This document shows positions 61,857 to 64,000 of a stretch of 64,000 nt of DNA, one piece after another (position 1 is the stretch's first letter; each line of letters opens with the position of its first letter). The position numbers and the translations under genes were made by a program. The stretch is from Bacillota bacterium (GTDB taxonomy: Bacteria > Bacillota > Sulfobacillia > Fermentithermobacillales > Fermentithermobacillaceae), in assembly GCA_033809515.1 (NCBI GenBank), contig JAPXLN010000006.1, positions 15,186 to 79,185 on the forward strand, read 5' to 3'. The notes below the pieces were generated by a model. The model was given only the letters and a program-made list of their open reading frames with translations. It was not told the origin of the DNA and did no database searches.

Positions 61857-63890
61857 TTGCTCAGCTTAAAGTGGGCGGCTGTGGCTCCCGTAGCAGGCCT
61901 GGCCGCGCTCATATTTACCCTGTTTCTTCGAGCTAAGGTACTGGCAAGTGATCCCGGGACAGAAGAAATGCAAGAGGTTTCTTCTGCCATCCAGCAAGGG
62001 GCCATGGCGTTTCTGAGGAGAGAGTATCGCTCTCTGGCCATGTTTGTGGCGTTTGCGGCCATTGTCATTTTCGCAGCGGGGTTCTTGACTCCGCCTGAGG
62101 TAATGAGACCTCAGACTGCACTGGCCTTTCTTCTTGGCTCAGCCTGCTCTGCCCTTGCAGGTTACATAGGCATGCGAACAGCTACGGCCGCCAACGTACG
62201 AACAACCCACGCAGCTACTAAGGGTACCGGGTCTGCGCTCAGCGTGGCTTTTTCCGGCGGGGCTGTGATGGGAACCACCGTGGTTGGCCTGGGGCTTCTA
62301 GGCCTGGGCATCGTGTTCTGGCTTTTTGGAGACGTCAACGATCCTGCTTCTTTTGGCGTGGTAAACGGCTTTGCCTTCGGCGCTAGTTCCATTGCTTTGT
62401 TTGCAAGGGTTGGCGGCGGTATCTACACCAAAGCTGCTGACATAGGCGCAGACATTGTAGGTAAGGTGGAGGCCGGCATCCCTGAAGATGACCCGAGAAA
62501 CCCTGCGGTTATTGCTGATAACGTAGGGGACAACGTGGGTGATGTGGCCGGCATGGGGGCAGACCTGTTCGAATCATATGTAGGCTCCATAGTTGCTGCG
62601 ATGGCCATCGGAGTCATGATGAAGGATGAGCGGCTTGCCACTGCGGCCATATTGCTGCCGCTGATGGTGGCCGCATCAGGCATCGTATCGTCGTTGCTGG
62701 CGATCCTGTTTGTCAGGCATTCCAAGGGCGACCCTGCGCGGGTTCTCAGGACAGGCTCTATTGTAGCCAATGGGCTTACCCTTGTTGCCGCTTACTTGGT
62801 TATCCGGTTCACAACGGGCGCCTCTACTCTGTTCTTGCCCGTTTTGGCCGGGGTTGTTGCAGGAGTAATAATAGGGCTCCTCTCTGAGGTCTATACATCC
62901 TCGGATTACTCATCGGTTCAGAGAATAGCTGAAGCTTCGCGAAGCGGACCTGCAACCAACGTAATTGAGGGTCTGGCAGTGGGGATGAGATCTACGACCA
63001 TTCCTATTATAATCGTAGCCCTGGCCATTTTGGTGGCCTTTAGGTTCGGCGAAACAAGCGGGTTTGGGGGTCTCTATGGAATTGCTCTTGCTGCTGTGGG
63101 TATGTTGTCGAGCACAGGGATGACTGTCTCAGTTGACGCCTATGGACCTATAGCTGACAACGCAGGCGGCATAGCGGAGATGACAGGTCAGGATGCAAGC
63201 GTCAGAGAGATAACCGATAAATTGGACTCGCTGGGCAATACCACTGCGGCCCTGGGCAAGGGGCTCGCCATTGGATCAGCTGCCCTCACGGCCCTTGCGC
63301 TTTTCTCTGCATATTCACAGGCTGCCGGGATTGCTGCCATCGATCTTATGGAACCTCAGGTCATAGCAGGTGTTCTGATCGGAGGCATGCTCCCGTTTCT
63401 GTTCTCAGCTTTGACAATGGAAGCGGTGGGCAAGACCGCCAATGACATGGTCAAAGAGGTCAGGCGCCAGTTCAAGGACATTCCAGGACTGATGGAAGGA
63501 AAGACTTTGCCCGATTACGCCAACTGCGTCGACATAGCTACAAAGGGCGCCTTGCGTCAGATGACTGTACCTGGGATCTTAGCTGTTGCAGCACCCCTTC
63601 TGATAGGTTTTGCGCTGGGTAAGGAGGCGCTTGCGGGGCTTTTGGCCGGGAGTTTGGTATGCGGAGTGCTCATGGCCATTATGCTGTCTAATGCCGGCGG
63701 TGCCTGGGATAATGCCAAGAAATACATTGAGGCAGGGAACCTTGGCGGGAAAGGCACTGAAATTCACGCAGCGGCAGTAATAGGAGATACAGTAGGCGAC
63801 CCGTGCAAAGACACTTCGGGTCCTTCCATCAACATTCTGATAAAGCTTATGAGCATCGTTGCACTGGTGTTTGCATCCCTCTTCAGATGA
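61857..63890 (+). CDS. hppA: membrane-bound proton-translocating pyrophosphatase (H+-PPase)
   Basis: [18 protein letters not shown] and [15 protein letters not shown] are V-PPase signatures. ~16 TM segments. Length 677 aa. Confidence 0.9.
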   Translation: MLSLKWAAVAPVAGLAALIFTLFLRAKVLASDPGTEEMQEVSSAIQQGAMAFLRREYRSLAMFVAFAAIVIFAAGFLTPPEVMRPQTALAFLLGSACSALAGYIGMRTATAANVRTTHAATKGTGSALSVAFSGGAVMGTTVVGLGLLGLGIVFWLFGDVNDPASFGVVNGFAFGASSIALFARVGGGIYTKAADIGADIVGKVEAGIPEDDPRNPAVIADNVGDNVGDVAGMGADLFESYVGSIVAAMAIGVMMKDERLATAAILLPLMVAASGIVSSLLAILFVRHSKGDPARVLRTGSIVANGLTLVAAYLVIRFTTGASTLFLPVLAGVVAGVIIGLLSEVYTSSDYSSVQRIAEASRSGPATNVIEGLAVGMRSTTIPIIIVALAILVAFRFGETSGFGGLYGIALAAVGMLSSTGMTVSVDAYGPIADNAGGIAEMTGQDASVREITDKLDSLGNTTAALGKGLAIGSAALTALALFSAYSQAAGIAAIDLMEPQVIAGVLIGGMLPFLFSALTMEAVGKTANDMVKEVRRQFKDIPGLMEGKTLPDYANCVDIATKGALRQMTVPGILAVAAPLLIGFALGKEALAGLLAGSLVCGVLMAIMLSNAGGAWDNAKKYIEAGNLGGKGTEIHAAAVIGDTVGDPCKDTSGPSINILIKLMSIVALVFASLFR

Positions 63891-64000
63891 GTTCTTTCTC
63901 CCTAAGAAAGGAAAGTGGTGAGAAGTTGACGCGCGATGAGCTTGTCCTGGAAGTCCAAAAGAAGGTCAAGAACAGGAATCTGTTCAAGCACATTTTGGCG

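Overview
This 64 kb window is a GC-rich (~55-60%) chromosomal segment from an endospore-forming Firmicute (Clostridia-like). Spore genes are present: spoIIP, yqfC, yqfD, a SPOR-domain protein, and a polysaccharide deacetylase. Most of the window is syntenic housekeeping DNA. It contains comEA, groES-groEL, a MacA/MacB-like efflux pair, comEC-holA with rpsT and a SPOR protein, and folC-valS. Further on there are three tRNAs (Asn, Met, Glu), spoIIP, hrcA followed by a group-II-like chaperonin and then dnaJ, rsmE and mtaB, and then ddl, rpsU, yqfC, yqfD, phoH, a 7TM-HD protein, ybeY, dgkA and recO. The last part holds glyQ-glyS, ppdK, dnaG-sigA, a split chrA pair, the glycolytic operon gap-pgk-tpiA-gpmI-eno, secG, and an H+-pyrophosphatase. 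Regulatory elements found: two perfect CIRCE operators (upstream of groESL and of hrcA), a T-box leader upstream of valS, and several sigma-A promoters and terminators. The first ~10.5 kb looks accessory and is the most interesting part. It holds a tightly spaced three-gene operon: a MutL/EutA-like ASKHA 'reactivase-type' ATPase plus two conserved proteins I cannot assign to any family. It also holds a convergent bioY, a glycyl-radical-enzyme pair with the activase first (apparent non-canonical start codon) and the C-x-E eliminase-type GRE second, and a large secreted beta-propeller fused to a degenerate class-A beta-lactamase-like domain. I found no CRISPR arrays, transposases or obvious defence genes. 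All functional calls come from reading the translated ORFs and the sequence itself. No database searches were run.
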